Shown here in pieces: positions 9,083 through 18,884 of a stretch of 64,000 bases of DNA (position 1 is the stretch's first letter; each line of letters starts with the position of its first letter). The translations under genes were made by a program, and so were the position numbers. A model generated the notes under the pieces. It made no database searches, was not told where the DNA came from, and saw nothing but the letters and a program-made list of their open reading frames with translations. Origin of the DNA: Meiothermus sp. (GTDB lineage: Bacteria > Deinococcota > Deinococci > Deinococcales > Thermaceae); NCBI GenBank assembly GCA_033762915.1, contig JANRLD010000010.1, positions 18,801 to 82,800 of the forward strand, read 5' to 3'.

Positions 9083-10306
9083 TTAGTTGGGCTCGGCCAA
9101 GAAGGGGAAGTCAGCCAGCAGCGGCTTGTGGCGGGTACCGCCGGCGTTGGGGCCATCGTAGGAAACGTTGTCGCTCCTGACCGCGCCGTTGGACAGCACT
9201 TGCAAGGTGATGTCGATCACGTCGTCCTTGATTAGACGACCCCGGATGGGGCTGCCCAGCTTGTTGAGGGCGTTGGCGTAGCCGGAGGGGCCGGTCACGT
9301 CGATGCGCATCACGTCGGGCAGGAAGGCCCCCAGCAGGGCGTTGACGCGCTCCGGGGAGTTGCCCAGCAGCTTGAGCACGGTGGAGACCTCACCCACGAT
9401 GGGCGCTGCCGCTTCGCCGGCGGCTTTGTCGCCCTTCAGCACGGCGGCCTCGAAGTCGGGACCGACGGCGTTGAGGGTGTTGAGGTAGTCGTTGGTCAGG
9501 AGCAGGCCCTCGTTGACGGCAGGGCGGGCCAGGCGCTCAATCTGCACCCACTCGCCGGGCTTGGCCGGGTTGGGCACCGAGATGGTGGTCCAGAAGTCGA
9601 AGGTGGTGGCGATGGAGCCGGACTGAATCCACTCGAGGGGGGCCCGCACCGCGATGGCGTTGACGTTGTAGCCGGCGGTGAAGTCGTGGCCGGGATTGCG
9701 GAAGCCCACGCTGGGGCCGAGGCCGGCCAGACCGGCCCTTACGCGGAAGAACTGCTCCACGTCAAAGAAGAAGGGATCCTCGCGCAATCCGGCAAACACC
9801 GAGACCGAGCCGTTGTCCAGTCGCACCTCGTTGAGGGTGGGGCGGGCCGCGCCGCTCAGCGGGGTGGTCAGGATGGGCTGACCGGCGGTAGTGGTGGCAA
9901 CGGTCCGGGTCACGCCCGCGCGGCTGGCGGTGATGGTGATCGCCTGCCGTCCGCTGGCGTCGGGCTTGCCGAACTCGAAGCGGAAGAAACCGTCGGCTTC
10001 GCCGGTGGCCATCGCGTCCCGGTCCTGCACCCGGCTGAACTTGACCTCATAGCGCGCGCCGGTCGAGAAGTAGTACTGCTGCCGGGCCAGCGAGCGGGGG
10101 TTGGTATTCATCACGAACACGATGTTCCCGGCCGGGGCACCGGGCTTCTGGTCCTGCTCGCGAAATACGTAGAGGTCGGTGATGTTGAGCGACCGGGCCT
10201 TCATGTCGTTCTCGCCGTCGTCGTGGTCGGAGGCGGTGGCCACGAATGTCCCCACCGCTCCGAGCGCCAGCACCGCACCTGCCAAAAGCAACTTCAGGTT
10301 TTTCAT
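9083..10306 (-). CDS. DUF4331 family secreted protein
   Basis: Signal peptide then ASDHDD, ITDLYVF, FAGLREDPFFFD, QIERLARPAVN, GR..DDVID, FPFLAEP. Confidence 0.88.
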   Translation of the reverse strand: MKNLKLLLAGAVLALGAVGTFVATASDHDDGENDMKARSLNITDLYVFREQDQKPGAPAGNIVFVMNTNPRSLARQQYYFSTGARYEVKFSRVQDRDAMATGEADGFFRFEFGKPDASGRQAITITASRAGVTRTVATTTAGQPILTTPLSGAARPTLNEVRLDNGSVSVFAGLREDPFFFDVEQFFRVRAGLAGLGPSVGFRNPGHDFTAGYNVNAIAVRAPLEWIQSGSIATTFDFWTTISVPNPAKPGEWVQIERLARPAVNEGLLLTNDYLNTLNAVGPDFEAAVLKGDKAAGEAAAPIVGEVSTVLKLLGNSPERVNALLGAFLPDVMRIDVTGPSGYANALNKLGSPIRGRLIKDDVIDITLQVLSNGAVRSDNVSYDGPNAGGTRHKPLLADFPFLAEPN

Positions 10307-10779
10307 ACACTCTCCCCTTATTCAGACCCCGGGTCTCCCTCTGATCGGGTCTGAGCCTGTTGTAATCCTCGAGGTGTGACAAAAGCGTAAAAGCGGCTTT
10401 GCCCAAGGCTCCCTCCGGGGCAACGCCCGACCGGGCGCGAACCCCGCTCACCTTCTAGCTCAGAAAACACCCACCCCGCCGGGGCAGTGAAGGTTGGGCC
10501 TCGGCACCGGCATTCGGCGCCCAGCGAAGCTGCGGGCGATGGCCTCGAGGCCGGGAACCGGCCCGAGGGGCATGGACGGGCGCGAAAAGCCGGTGGCCGC
10601 CGCGAAATCTTTAGGCACAGCCCAAGTTCCACAAGTCCATCACCAAGGCCCTCGGATAACGGGCGGGGTGCAGTTAACGGTTGCCGCATGCAGAGCCTTG
10701 GCTTATGCCCTTCTAGGCTGGTAAGCAGCAAGGAGTCTTTGGGTAAGACAGGGTCTTGTGACTTGTGTAGGGGGTTAAA

Positions 10780-12672
10780 GTGAACACTGGGCAGCTAAGA
10801 ATCACACTACAACGGGGCTTGGCTCTGGCGCTGGTCGCGCTTGTGGCAGCCTGCGGAAGCACTCCGCCCCAGGCAACCTCGCCGGGCGGCAGCGGCTACC
10901 TGCTCACGGTCCGGCTCGAGCCGGCCGACACCCAGGAGACCGTGGCCCAGCGCTACGGCGGCGAGGTGATCGCCTGGCTGGACGGCCAAGCCATCCTCAG
11001 GATGGGCGAGGAGGCAGTGGCCCAGTTGCAGGCCCGGGGGGTCTCGATGCAGAACACCACCCTCGAGGCCAACGCCGACGTGGGCACCCCGGCCACCATG
11101 AGCGGCTGGAACGCCTGGGGCAGCGGGTGGAACGCCTGGGGCAGCGGGTGGAATGCCTGGGGCAGCGGCTGGAACGCCTGGAGCGGCGGCGCCACCAGCG
11201 CCGTTCCCGCCCTGCCCAGCGGCAACCGCTCGGCCTTCATGCAGGTCAAGCTGCCGCAGGCCCAGGCCCTGGCCCGCAACTACGGGGCCGGCATCAAGGT
11301 CGCGGTGATTGACACCGGCCTCGACACCGCCCACCCCATGTTCCAGGGGCGGCTGGCCCCCGCGGCCGAGTGGCGCGACTTCGTCGACGGCGACAACAAC
11401 CCGGCCGAGGTGGCCGGAAACGGCTTCGGGCACGGCACGGCGGTGGCGGGGCTGATCCTGCAGGCTGCCCCCCGCGCCACCATCCTGCCCATCCGGGTGC
11501 TGGGGCCGAACGGCTCGGGCTCGGTGGCCAACGTGGTCTCGGCCATCGACTGGGCCCGCCAGCGGGGCGCGCAGGTCATCAACCTCTCGCTGGGCACCGA
11601 CGTGGACGTGGCCGCCCTGCGTACCCAGATCAGCCATGTCAACGGCCTGGGCGTCTTCGTGGTGGCGGCGGCGGGCAACAGCGGTGGCAGCCTGAAGTTC
11701 CCGGCGGCTGCCGCCCAGAACGCCCCCAACTCCGACCGGCTGTGGAGCGTGGGCAGCGTCAACAGCAGCGGCAATCGCTCGAGCTTCTCGAGCTTTGGCT
11801 CGGCGCTGAAGTTCATGGCCCCCGGCGAGGGCATCCAGAGCGCTTTCCCCGGCAACCAGGTGGCCACCGTGCGCGGCACCTCCTTCGCGGCCCCGCTGGT
11901 CAGCGGCATGCTGGCCCTGGCCATGGGCGAGACCAGCAGCGCCAACTGGGGCAGCCTCCAGGCCTGGCTGGCCAACTCTACCTTTGGCGCCGGCACCACC
12001 GGCAGCCTGTTCGGCGTCATCAACGCGGCGAGCTTCCTACAGAAGCTGCCCGGCGTCCCGCGCAAGAGCGCCCTGTTTGTGGTCGGCTCCACCACCCTCA
12101 GCAGCGGCGACAGCGCGGTGAGGGACAGGCTCGAGGATATCGGCTACTCAGTTACGGTCAAAAATCATAACGATGCCCAGATCGGGGACTCCTTGGACAA
12201 GCATCTGATGCTCATCTCTTCCTCGGCCAGCTCGAGCATTGTGAACACGGAGTTCCTCAACACCACGGCCCCGGTCGTGACCTGGGAGCACGCCATCTTC
12301 CACCACATGAAGATGACCGACTCCCCCACCACCAACTACGGATCAGCCAGCAGCCTGACCCAACTCCGGATGAACAGCAGCACCAGCACCCATCCGCTCG
12401 CGGCCGGCCTGACCGGCGACCATGCGGTGTACAGCGCCAACAACAACATGACCTGGGGCAGGCCGACGGCCGGCGCCGTCAGAGTGGCCACGCTCACCGC
12501 CGACACCACTCGAGCCACGATCTTCGGCTACGACCGGGGGAGCACGATGATGGGCATGACGGCCCCCAACCGCCGGGTGGGCTTGTTCATGAACCATGTC
12601 GGAGCCGAGATGACCCCCGCCGGCTGGAACCTCTTCGAGGCCGCCGTCACTTGGGCGGTCAGCGGCAACTGA
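10780..12672 (+). CDS. S8 subtilisin-like serine protease, lipoprotein
   Basis: Lipobox VAAC; catalytic IDTG, HGTAVAG, GTSFAAP; SGWNAWG x4; extra C-terminal domain. Confidence 0.92.
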   Translation: MNTGQLRITLQRGLALALVALVAACGSTPPQATSPGGSGYLLTVRLEPADTQETVAQRYGGEVIAWLDGQAILRMGEEAVAQLQARGVSMQNTTLEANADVGTPATMSGWNAWGSGWNAWGSGWNAWGSGWNAWSGGATSAVPALPSGNRSAFMQVKLPQAQALARNYGAGIKVAVIDTGLDTAHPMFQGRLAPAAEWRDFVDGDNNPAEVAGNGFGHGTAVAGLILQAAPRATILPIRVLGPNGSGSVANVVSAIDWARQRGAQVINLSLGTDVDVAALRTQISHVNGLGVFVVAAAGNSGGSLKFPAAAAQNAPNSDRLWSVGSVNSSGNRSSFSSFGSALKFMAPGEGIQSAFPGNQVATVRGTSFAAPLVSGMLALAMGETSSANWGSLQAWLANSTFGAGTTGSLFGVINAASFLQKLPGVPRKSALFVVGSTTLSSGDSAVRDRLEDIGYSVTVKNHNDAQIGDSLDKHLMLISSSASSSIVNTEFLNTTAPVVTWEHAIFHHMKMTDSPTTNYGSASSLTQLRMNSSTSTHPLAAGLTGDHAVYSANNNMTWGRPTAGAVRVATLTADTTRATIFGYDRGSTMMGMTAPNRRVGLFMNHVGAEMTPAGWNLFEAAVTWAVSGN

Positions 12673-12687
12673 ACCCGGCCAACCCCG

Positions 12688-12717
12688 AGTGCCTCCCTCA
12701 AGGGAGGCACTTTTTTT
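12688..12717 (+). terminator. Rho-independent terminator
   Basis: AGTGCCTCCCT/AGGGAGGCACT stem plus T-run after the S8 gene. Confidence 0.9.
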
Positions 12718-12791
12718 GACCCGCATGCCCCCAGGATGAAGCCGGGCCCAGGGATATCGGTTATCTTGGAGGCAATCGGGCGGGAGCGGAC

Positions 12792-14180
12792 GTGAGGCCG
12801 TCTCCCAAAGAGGGTGAGACTATTAGCAATCCCAAAGTAGACGTGGTGGTGGTCGGCGCGGGCATCTCGGGCCTGGTGGCGGGGCGGCTGCTGACCCAGG
12901 CGGGCCTCGAGGTCAGGGTGCTCGAGGCCCACGACCGGGTGGGCGGCAGGCTCCTGACCAAAAAGCTCGACGACGGCGCGGCCTTCGACCTGGGCGGGCA
13001 GTGGATCAGCCCGCAGATGCCCCGCGTGAACGCGCTGATCCGCGAACTGGGCCTGACCACCTACCTGCAGCACGACTCGGGCCGGATCGACCTCGCTGCG
13101 CTGCCGCTCTCGGCGATGGATCGGCTGGTGCAGGCCGAGTGGGAGTGGGTCAAGGCCAAGCTCGAGGTGCTGGTGGACCGGGTCAACGTCGAGCGGCCCT
13201 CGCTCACCCCCGATGCCGCCGAGCTCGACGTGCGCAGCGTGGAGGACTGGAAGCGCGAGAACCTCGAGAGCCCCTACCTGCGCAACCTGTTCGACCAGAT
13301 CATCCGTACCGAGTACACCATCGAGCCCAAGGACTTCTCGGTGCTGCACCTGCTGTACAGCCTTAAGTCGGGCGGCTTCGAGGGCATCTTCGGCCTCGAC
13401 CGCGGCAACGAGACGCTGCGGGTGGCCGAGGGAATGCAGACGCTGTGCCTGCGGCTGGCCGAGGAGCTGGGCGACCGGCTGCGCCTGAACTGCCAGGTCA
13501 ACGAGATCGTGCACTCCGAGGTGGGCGTAACCATAGTGGCCGAGGGGGTGACGCTGGAGGCCGCCCGCGTCATCCTGGCCATCCCGCCCAACCAGACCAT
13601 CGGGATCGACTTCGACCCGGTGCTCCCCCGGCGGCGCACCAAGCTGATGCAGCGGCTCGAGATGGGCTCGGTGATTAAGTGCTTCGCCCTCTACGACAAG
13701 CCCTTCTGGCGGGGCCGTCCGGTCAACCCGATTGACCCCGACAAGCTCCTCTTCGACGACACCATCGACGCCACTCCCTTCGGCGAGGCCCACCCCGCCC
13801 TCGTGGCCTTCATCGGCGGCGACGACGCGGTGCTGTGGAGCGACAAGCCCCCCGCCATCCGCCGCCGGGCGGTGCTCGAGGACCTGGCCCTGGTCTTCGG
13901 CGAGGAGGCGCTGTACCCGGTGGCCTACTTCGATCACGACTGGCTGACTGAGCCCTTCATTGGCGGCGGCTATCAGTGCTACGCCCCGCCCGGCGTGATG
14001 TCCGGCGGCTTCGAGGAGCTGCGGCAGCCCATCGGGCCCATCCACTTCGCGGGCACCGAAACGGCGGTCTACTTCTACGGCTACGTGGAGGGCGCGATGG
14101 AGGCGGGCGAGCGGGCGGCGCGAGAGGTGCTGGAGCAGAAGGGCAGAACGGCGGCGCTGCGCCAAGTTGCGCCAGGGTGA
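12792..14180 (+). CDS. Flavin monoamine oxidase family protein
   Basis: VVVVGAGISGL, EAHDRVGGR, DLGGQW, HFAGTET, YVEGAMEAGERAA. Confidence 0.9.
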   Translation: MRPSPKEGETISNPKVDVVVVGAGISGLVAGRLLTQAGLEVRVLEAHDRVGGRLLTKKLDDGAAFDLGGQWISPQMPRVNALIRELGLTTYLQHDSGRIDLAALPLSAMDRLVQAEWEWVKAKLEVLVDRVNVERPSLTPDAAELDVRSVEDWKRENLESPYLRNLFDQIIRTEYTIEPKDFSVLHLLYSLKSGGFEGIFGLDRGNETLRVAEGMQTLCLRLAEELGDRLRLNCQVNEIVHSEVGVTIVAEGVTLEAARVILAIPPNQTIGIDFDPVLPRRRTKLMQRLEMGSVIKCFALYDKPFWRGRPVNPIDPDKLLFDDTIDATPFGEAHPALVAFIGGDDAVLWSDKPPAIRRRAVLEDLALVFGEEALYPVAYFDHDWLTEPFIGGGYQCYAPPGVMSGGFEELRQPIGPIHFAGTETAVYFYGYVEGAMEAGERAAREVLEQKGRTAALRQVAPG

Positions 14181-14334
14181 ATCTGCGAACTCATCGCGTT
14201 TCCACCCATCGTTGCCCTGCGACATGTCGCCCGACAGCTCCCGCAGGGAATTGCGCCCCGGGTAGCCGCTCCGCGGCTATGGCGCACGCCACTCCGCCCT
14301 GGGTAGCCGCTCTGCGGCTATGGCGCAGGCTGGG
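14163..14334. repeat. MITE-like repeat family B copy with internal 27-bp duplication
   Basis: 14219-14301 matches the reverse complement of ~60150-60232; AAGTTGCGCCAGGGTGAA end shared with 60098. Confidence 0.7.
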
Positions 14335-14358
14335 GCGGCGAGGCGGGGAAACGAGACT

Positions 14359-14721
14359 TCAGGCCGGCTGGTTGATCTGCGCGATGATGCCCGATGGGTG
14401 GCGCAGGAAGGCCATATGGGTCTTGGCGGCCTCGTTGAAGAAGGGCTCGGTTTCGTAGGCGTAGCCCTGACCCAGCAGCTCGGCACACTTGGCCCCGAGG
14501 TCCTCGACCACGAAGGCCAGATGCATGAAGCCCGGCGCGGGCTGGCCCGCGACCTGGATCAGCTCGAGGTCGACCCCGGTGGCCGGGTTGGTGATAAAGG
14601 CGGTGGGCATCCCGTTGGCGTAGTGCTTGCCCCGGCGGCGGAGTTGGAAGCCGAGGGTGGCGAACTGCTCGAGGGCGGCTTCGACATCGTGAACGGACAG
14701 CGCAACGTGGTCGAGTTTCAT
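14359..14721 (-). CDS. VOC/glyoxalase family protein
   Basis: MKLDHVALSVHD...LELIQ...HLAFVVEDL...FLRHPSG. Confidence 0.85.
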   Translation of the reverse strand: MKLDHVALSVHDVEAALEQFATLGFQLRRRGKHYANGMPTAFITNPATGVDLELIQVAGQPAPGFMHLAFVVEDLGAKCAELLGQGYAYETEPFFNEAAKTHMAFLRHPSGIIAQINQPA

Positions 14722-14814
14722 GGGACCACAATACGAGAGGGAACGGGGCTGGGGGAAGGGGGCGTCCCGAGACAGGGCCTTGCACCCCAGCGGGCGGTAC
14801 AATTTCAGCCTGCC

Positions 14815-15552
14815 ATGCTCGAGCCCCGCCTCCAGGCCGTCGCCGACCAGATTCGCAGCCGGGTTCACGCCGACATCGGCTCGGACCACGCGCTGCTGCC
14901 GAGGTATCTGCTGAAAGAGCGGCGGGTTGAGCGGGTCATCGTGGTGGAGAAGAACCGACAGCCCTTCGAGAACGCGCGGGCCGCGCTCGAGGGTCTGGAC
15001 GCTGAGGTGCGGCTGGGCGACGGCCTGGCCCCGCTGAACGCGGGCGAGGCCGAGAGCCTGAGCATGGGCGGTATGGGGGCACTGCTGATGGTCCGAATCC
15101 TCTGCGCCCACCCCTGGAAGCTGCCCGAAAAGGTCGTGCTCCAACCCAACGACAGCGCCGAGCCAATCAGGATATGGGCTCGAGAGCACGGCTTTCACCT
15201 GAGCTGTGAGCAGATGGTCGAAGGGTTCTGGCGGTACAACGTTCTGACGTTGGTCCGAGGCATTGGCGACGACCCCGCGTACGAAGGTTTTCCCCTCGAG
15301 CCAAAAGCGGGCTCGTCTTCGCTCGAGCCAGGGGCAGGCTCGTCTTCGCTCGAGGCCGCCCTGCGCTACGGCCCCCTGCTGCTAAAGCAACGGCACCCGC
15401 TGCTGTTTGAGGAGTTGCAGCGGGAGAAGCTGTATCTCGAGGGACTGCTGGAGAAGAAGCCTGTGCTTAGGTTGCAGCGACAGCTCGAGCTGTCGCTGCG
15501 GGCCTTGGGTTACTATGATTCCTCCGGCACCTTGCTTGTGCCAGAATCATGA
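14815..15552 (+). CDS. trmK: tRNA (adenine(22)-N1)-methyltransferase
   Basis: RLQAVA, ADIGSDHALLP, RLGDGL, GMG, LQPN, YGPLL motifs. Confidence 0.85.
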   Translation: MLEPRLQAVADQIRSRVHADIGSDHALLPRYLLKERRVERVIVVEKNRQPFENARAALEGLDAEVRLGDGLAPLNAGEAESLSMGGMGALLMVRILCAHPWKLPEKVVLQPNDSAEPIRIWAREHGFHLSCEQMVEGFWRYNVLTLVRGIGDDPAYEGFPLEPKAGSSSLEPGAGSSSLEAALRYGPLLLKQRHPLLFEELQREKLYLEGLLEKKPVLRLQRQLELSLRALGYYDSSGTLLVPES

Positions 15553-15779
15553 GCCGATACAAGGAAAAGCAGAACCTCAAACTCCTGTTCGACGATGCCG
15601 CCGCCGACGCGATGGCCCTGTACCGCAAACTGAATCAGCTCTACGATCTCCTCGAGCCCGGACGGGATCGCGTCGCCTGCCAGCGCATCATGACCGACCT
15701 TACTTGGGCCGCCGAGAACTGTACCGTTATCGGTTTGCACCAAATCGGTAAAGCAATGGATGACTCCGGCGCCGGCTAG
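15549..15779 (+). CDS. Hypothetical protein (76 aa)
   Basis: ATGA-coupled to trmK; plausible codon usage. Confidence 0.6.
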   Translation: MSRYKEKQNLKLLFDDAAADAMALYRKLNQLYDLLEPGRDRVACQRIMTDLTWAAENCTVIGLHQIGKAMDDSGAG

Positions 15780-15954
15780 CAAAAGCAGAGCGCCGTAACT
15801 CGGCACGGCAAACACCGCAGCATTCGTGGAAACCGCCCTTGCTCGAGGCTCAAAGGGGCTCGAGGGTTTCCACGGAAGCTTAGCCTCTGGCCCGCGCCCT
15901 GCGACCTTCAGCCGATTCGACAATTCGCCCAAAACAAACTTACAATAGCCAGGT

Positions 15955-17181
15955 ATGTCTAAGTCACGAAACGCCTCTATTACCTTCATCCTTATCTCTG
16001 TACTCATCAACGTGATGGGGATCGGTCTGGTGATCCCGGTGCTGCCCAAGCTGATCGAGCAACTGGCCGGTAGCGTGGAGGCCGGGGCGCAGTACAACGG
16101 CATCTTCTTCGCCATCTACGCCTTGATGCAGTTCGTCTGCGGCCCTATCGCGGGGCTGCTCTCCGACCGCTACGGTCGGCGTCCGGTGCTGCTGGCCTCC
16201 TCAGCGGGCACCGCGCTGGACTATTTGGTGGCGGCGCTCACCCAGTCGCTGTGGGTTTTGCTGGCGGCCCGCATCGTGGCGGGGGCGCTGGGGGCCAGCC
16301 TCTCCACCGCCAACGCCTACATCGCCGATATCTCCAAGCCCGAGGAGCGTGCCCGCAACTTCGGGCTGATCGGGGCCACCTTCGGCATGGGCTTCGTGCT
16401 GGGGCCGGCGGTGGGCGGGGCACTGGGCAACATAGACCTGCGGCTGCCCTTCTACTTCGCGGCGGCGCTGGCGGCGATCAACTTCCTCTATGGATACTTC
16501 GTGCTGCCCGAGTCGCTCAAGCCGGAGGACCGCGTCACCCAGACCAAGAGCCTCAACCCCTTCGCGGCCCTCTCGATCCTGGGCAAGACGCCGACGCTGT
16601 TGGGCCTCACGGTCAGCTTCACCATGATCTTCCTGGCCTTCGGCTCCCTGCAGAGCGTTTGGGCGCTCTACACCGGCTACCGCTTCGACTGGAAGCCGCT
16701 GGACGTGGGGCTCTCGCTGTTTGCGGTGGGGCTGGCGGGGGTGATCGTGCAGGTGGCGCTGGTGCGGCCCATCATCGCCCGCCTGGGCGAGCGCCGCTCG
16801 CTGCTGCTCAGCCAGAGCGCGGGGGTCTTCTCCTTCACCGCCTACGGCCTGGCCAACCAGGGCTGGATGATGTACGCCACCATCGCCTTCGCCTCGATCG
16901 GCAACCTGGGCCAGCCGGTAATCCAGTCGCTCCTGACCCGCGAGGTCGGCCCCGGCGAGCAGGGCAATCTGCAAGGCGCACTGGCCGGGATGCAGAGCAT
17001 CACCGCCGCCGTCGGCGGCCTGCTGGGCGGTCTGGTTTTCTCGCTGGTGGCCAAACCGGGCGTGCCGGACTGGCTGGTCGGGTTGCCTTTCTTCGTGGGC
17101 GCAGGGCTGTACCTGGTGGCGGTGCTGAACACCAGTGCGCTGTTCCGGCGCGTGCCGGAGGGCGGCAGCCAGACGGCATAG
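15955..17181 (+). CDS. TCR/Tet family MFS efflux transporter
   Basis: GIGLVIPVLP, LSDRYGRRPVLL, ERARNFGLIGATFGMGFVLGP. Confidence 0.92.
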   Translation: MSKSRNASITFILISVLINVMGIGLVIPVLPKLIEQLAGSVEAGAQYNGIFFAIYALMQFVCGPIAGLLSDRYGRRPVLLASSAGTALDYLVAALTQSLWVLLAARIVAGALGASLSTANAYIADISKPEERARNFGLIGATFGMGFVLGPAVGGALGNIDLRLPFYFAAALAAINFLYGYFVLPESLKPEDRVTQTKSLNPFAALSILGKTPTLLGLTVSFTMIFLAFGSLQSVWALYTGYRFDWKPLDVGLSLFAVGLAGVIVQVALVRPIIARLGERRSLLLSQSAGVFSFTAYGLANQGWMMYATIAFASIGNLGQPVIQSLLTREVGPGEQGNLQGALAGMQSITAAVGGLLGGLVFSLVAKPGVPDWLVGLPFFVGAGLYLVAVLNTSALFRRVPEGGSQTA

Positions 17182-17296
17182 GGCGGAGGACAGAAGCCTT
17201 CGGTGGTCAGCGGTTGGCTAAATGCCAGGCGCCAACCGCTGACCGCCAGTGTGGTTCACCGACCTCTGACCACTGACGGAGCACTACAATATGCCT

Positions 17297-17560
17297 ATGC
17301 TCGAGGTCAAAGAGGCAGTCAAGGTCGCCACCGACTACATCCAGGCCCTGTTCAGCGAGCGGCAGATCCCCGAGCTGCGGCTCGAGGAGGTTGAGCTTTC
17401 CGAGGACAAGAAGTTCTGGGAAGTGACGCTCAGCTTCGTGGTGCGCGAGCCCACCGCGTACTTGAGTTTGGGCGACGCGGCGCGAACCAGGGAGTACAAG
17501 CTTTTCCGCGTGGACGCCGAGACCGGGCAGGTACAGAGCATGAAGATACGGCGGGTGTAG
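17297..17560 (+). CDS. Hypothetical protein (87 aa)
   Basis: TACAAT 6 nt before ATG; VKEAVKVA...RLEEVE...WEVTL...YKLFRVD pattern. Confidence 0.75.
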   Translation: MLEVKEAVKVATDYIQALFSERQIPELRLEEVELSEDKKFWEVTLSFVVREPTAYLSLGDAARTREYKLFRVDAETGQVQSMKIRRV

Positions 17561-17877
17561 CCAGGCGGCAGCAGGGGGCCTTCCCTGCCCCCTGTACGCC
17601 GGGTTTCAGGTTGGCGGCTCCCCCCAGAACGGCTCGGCAGAACCCGGCGCGCGGCACCGGGGAAAGTGCTGCTTGGGGCCGAGGTCCATGCCCGCCGCGT
17701 TACGCCCCAGGCCAGAAAACTCATCTCGTGTTCATGCTGCCCAACTCTTCTTGCGTTACGCCTGGACGGGATTTTTTGTCCGTCCCTCACATATACACCG
17801 CATCATCCGAAACGTTAAGGCCCTCATGTTCATCCAAGCTATCCTGAGCCCGCGCTGATGATAGGCTGTTGCCCAAC

Positions 17878-18786
17878 ATGCGCGGATTGGCTTGGTTCAT
17901 GCTGCTCTTTCAAGGTCTGGCCGCCTACTCCCCGGCGCAGGGGGTTCCCGGCAACGTTCTGCAGCCCTATGTGCAGGAAGAGCGGATCGACGGGGTTCCC
18001 TATTTGTTCGTGGTCAACCCGCTGTTCGCCCCCATTACCATCCAGTTCGAGGTGGCGGCGCAGAACCTCGAGGTCAGCCCCGGCTACCAGTTCTCCCAGG
18101 TCTTCCCGCCGCGCTCGCGCACCCTGGCCTTCATCGGTCGGCCCATCCGGCCCGAGTGGAGCTACAACTACCGCTGGAACTACGTGCTAGGCGACATCAA
18201 CGCGGTGACGCAGGACGTGGCCTACGCCCTGCCCTTCGCGCCCGACCAGACCTTCCGCATCTCGCAGGGCTACGCCGGTGGATTCAGCCACCGGGATGAG
18301 CTCGAGTTCTCCCTGGACTTCGCCATGCCCGAGGGCACCCCCATCCACGCCGCGCGGGAGGGCGTGGTGATCGCCGTGCAGAGCATCTACAGCGCCGGCG
18401 GCCCCGACCCCGCGCTGCGCGCCAAGGCCAACTACATCACCATCCTCCACCCCGACGGCAGCTTCGCCCATTACGCGCACCTCCGGTTCAACGGCAGCGT
18501 GGTGACAGTGGGGCAGCAGGTCGAGCGTGGGCAGCTCATCGGCTACTCGGGCAACACCGGCTTCAGCAGCGGGCCGCATCTGCACTTCCACGTCTACCGC
18601 GTGACCGGCGTGTTGGGCACCTGGGTGAGCCTGCCCACCCGCTTCTCCACCGCACAGGGCGAGGTGCTGCTGGCGGAGGGCTCGAGCTACACCAACAGCA
18701 GCCTCCTGGTGAACCTCCCGCCCCGCCCCGCCCCACCCGCCTCGAGCACGGCAGCCGGCGCGCCGGGCAGCCAGCAGAGGCCTTAG
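17878..18786 (+). CDS. M23 family metallopeptidase, secreted
   Basis: SH...LDF, YAHL, GYSGNTGFSSGPHLHF. Confidence 0.9.
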   Translation: MRGLAWFMLLFQGLAAYSPAQGVPGNVLQPYVQEERIDGVPYLFVVNPLFAPITIQFEVAAQNLEVSPGYQFSQVFPPRSRTLAFIGRPIRPEWSYNYRWNYVLGDINAVTQDVAYALPFAPDQTFRISQGYAGGFSHRDELEFSLDFAMPEGTPIHAAREGVVIAVQSIYSAGGPDPALRAKANYITILHPDGSFAHYAHLRFNGSVVTVGQQVERGQLIGYSGNTGFSSGPHLHFHVYRVTGVLGTWVSLPTRFSTAQGEVLLAEGSSYTNSSLLVNLPPRPAPPASSTAAGAPGSQQRP

Positions 18787-18884
18787 AGGCCTTGAGGGGT
18801 GTCGTAGGTCGTAGGCCGAAGTGAGGTTGAAAGTTTGTGAAGACGGGGCGGCTCGAGTCCAGCTCGAGCCGCTACTATTTTCCT

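Noticed and set aside
14320..14814. N-terminal extension of trmK in the 410-aa ORF and of the VOC gene in the 279-aa ORF
   Set aside because: Each extension is the antisense of the neighbouring divergent gene; the likely starts are 14815 and 14721.
17561..17870. Riboswitch (c-di-AMP/c-di-GMP) upstream of the M23 peptidase
   Set aside because: Consensus motifs could not be matched; only a short repeated GCGTTACGCC is seen.
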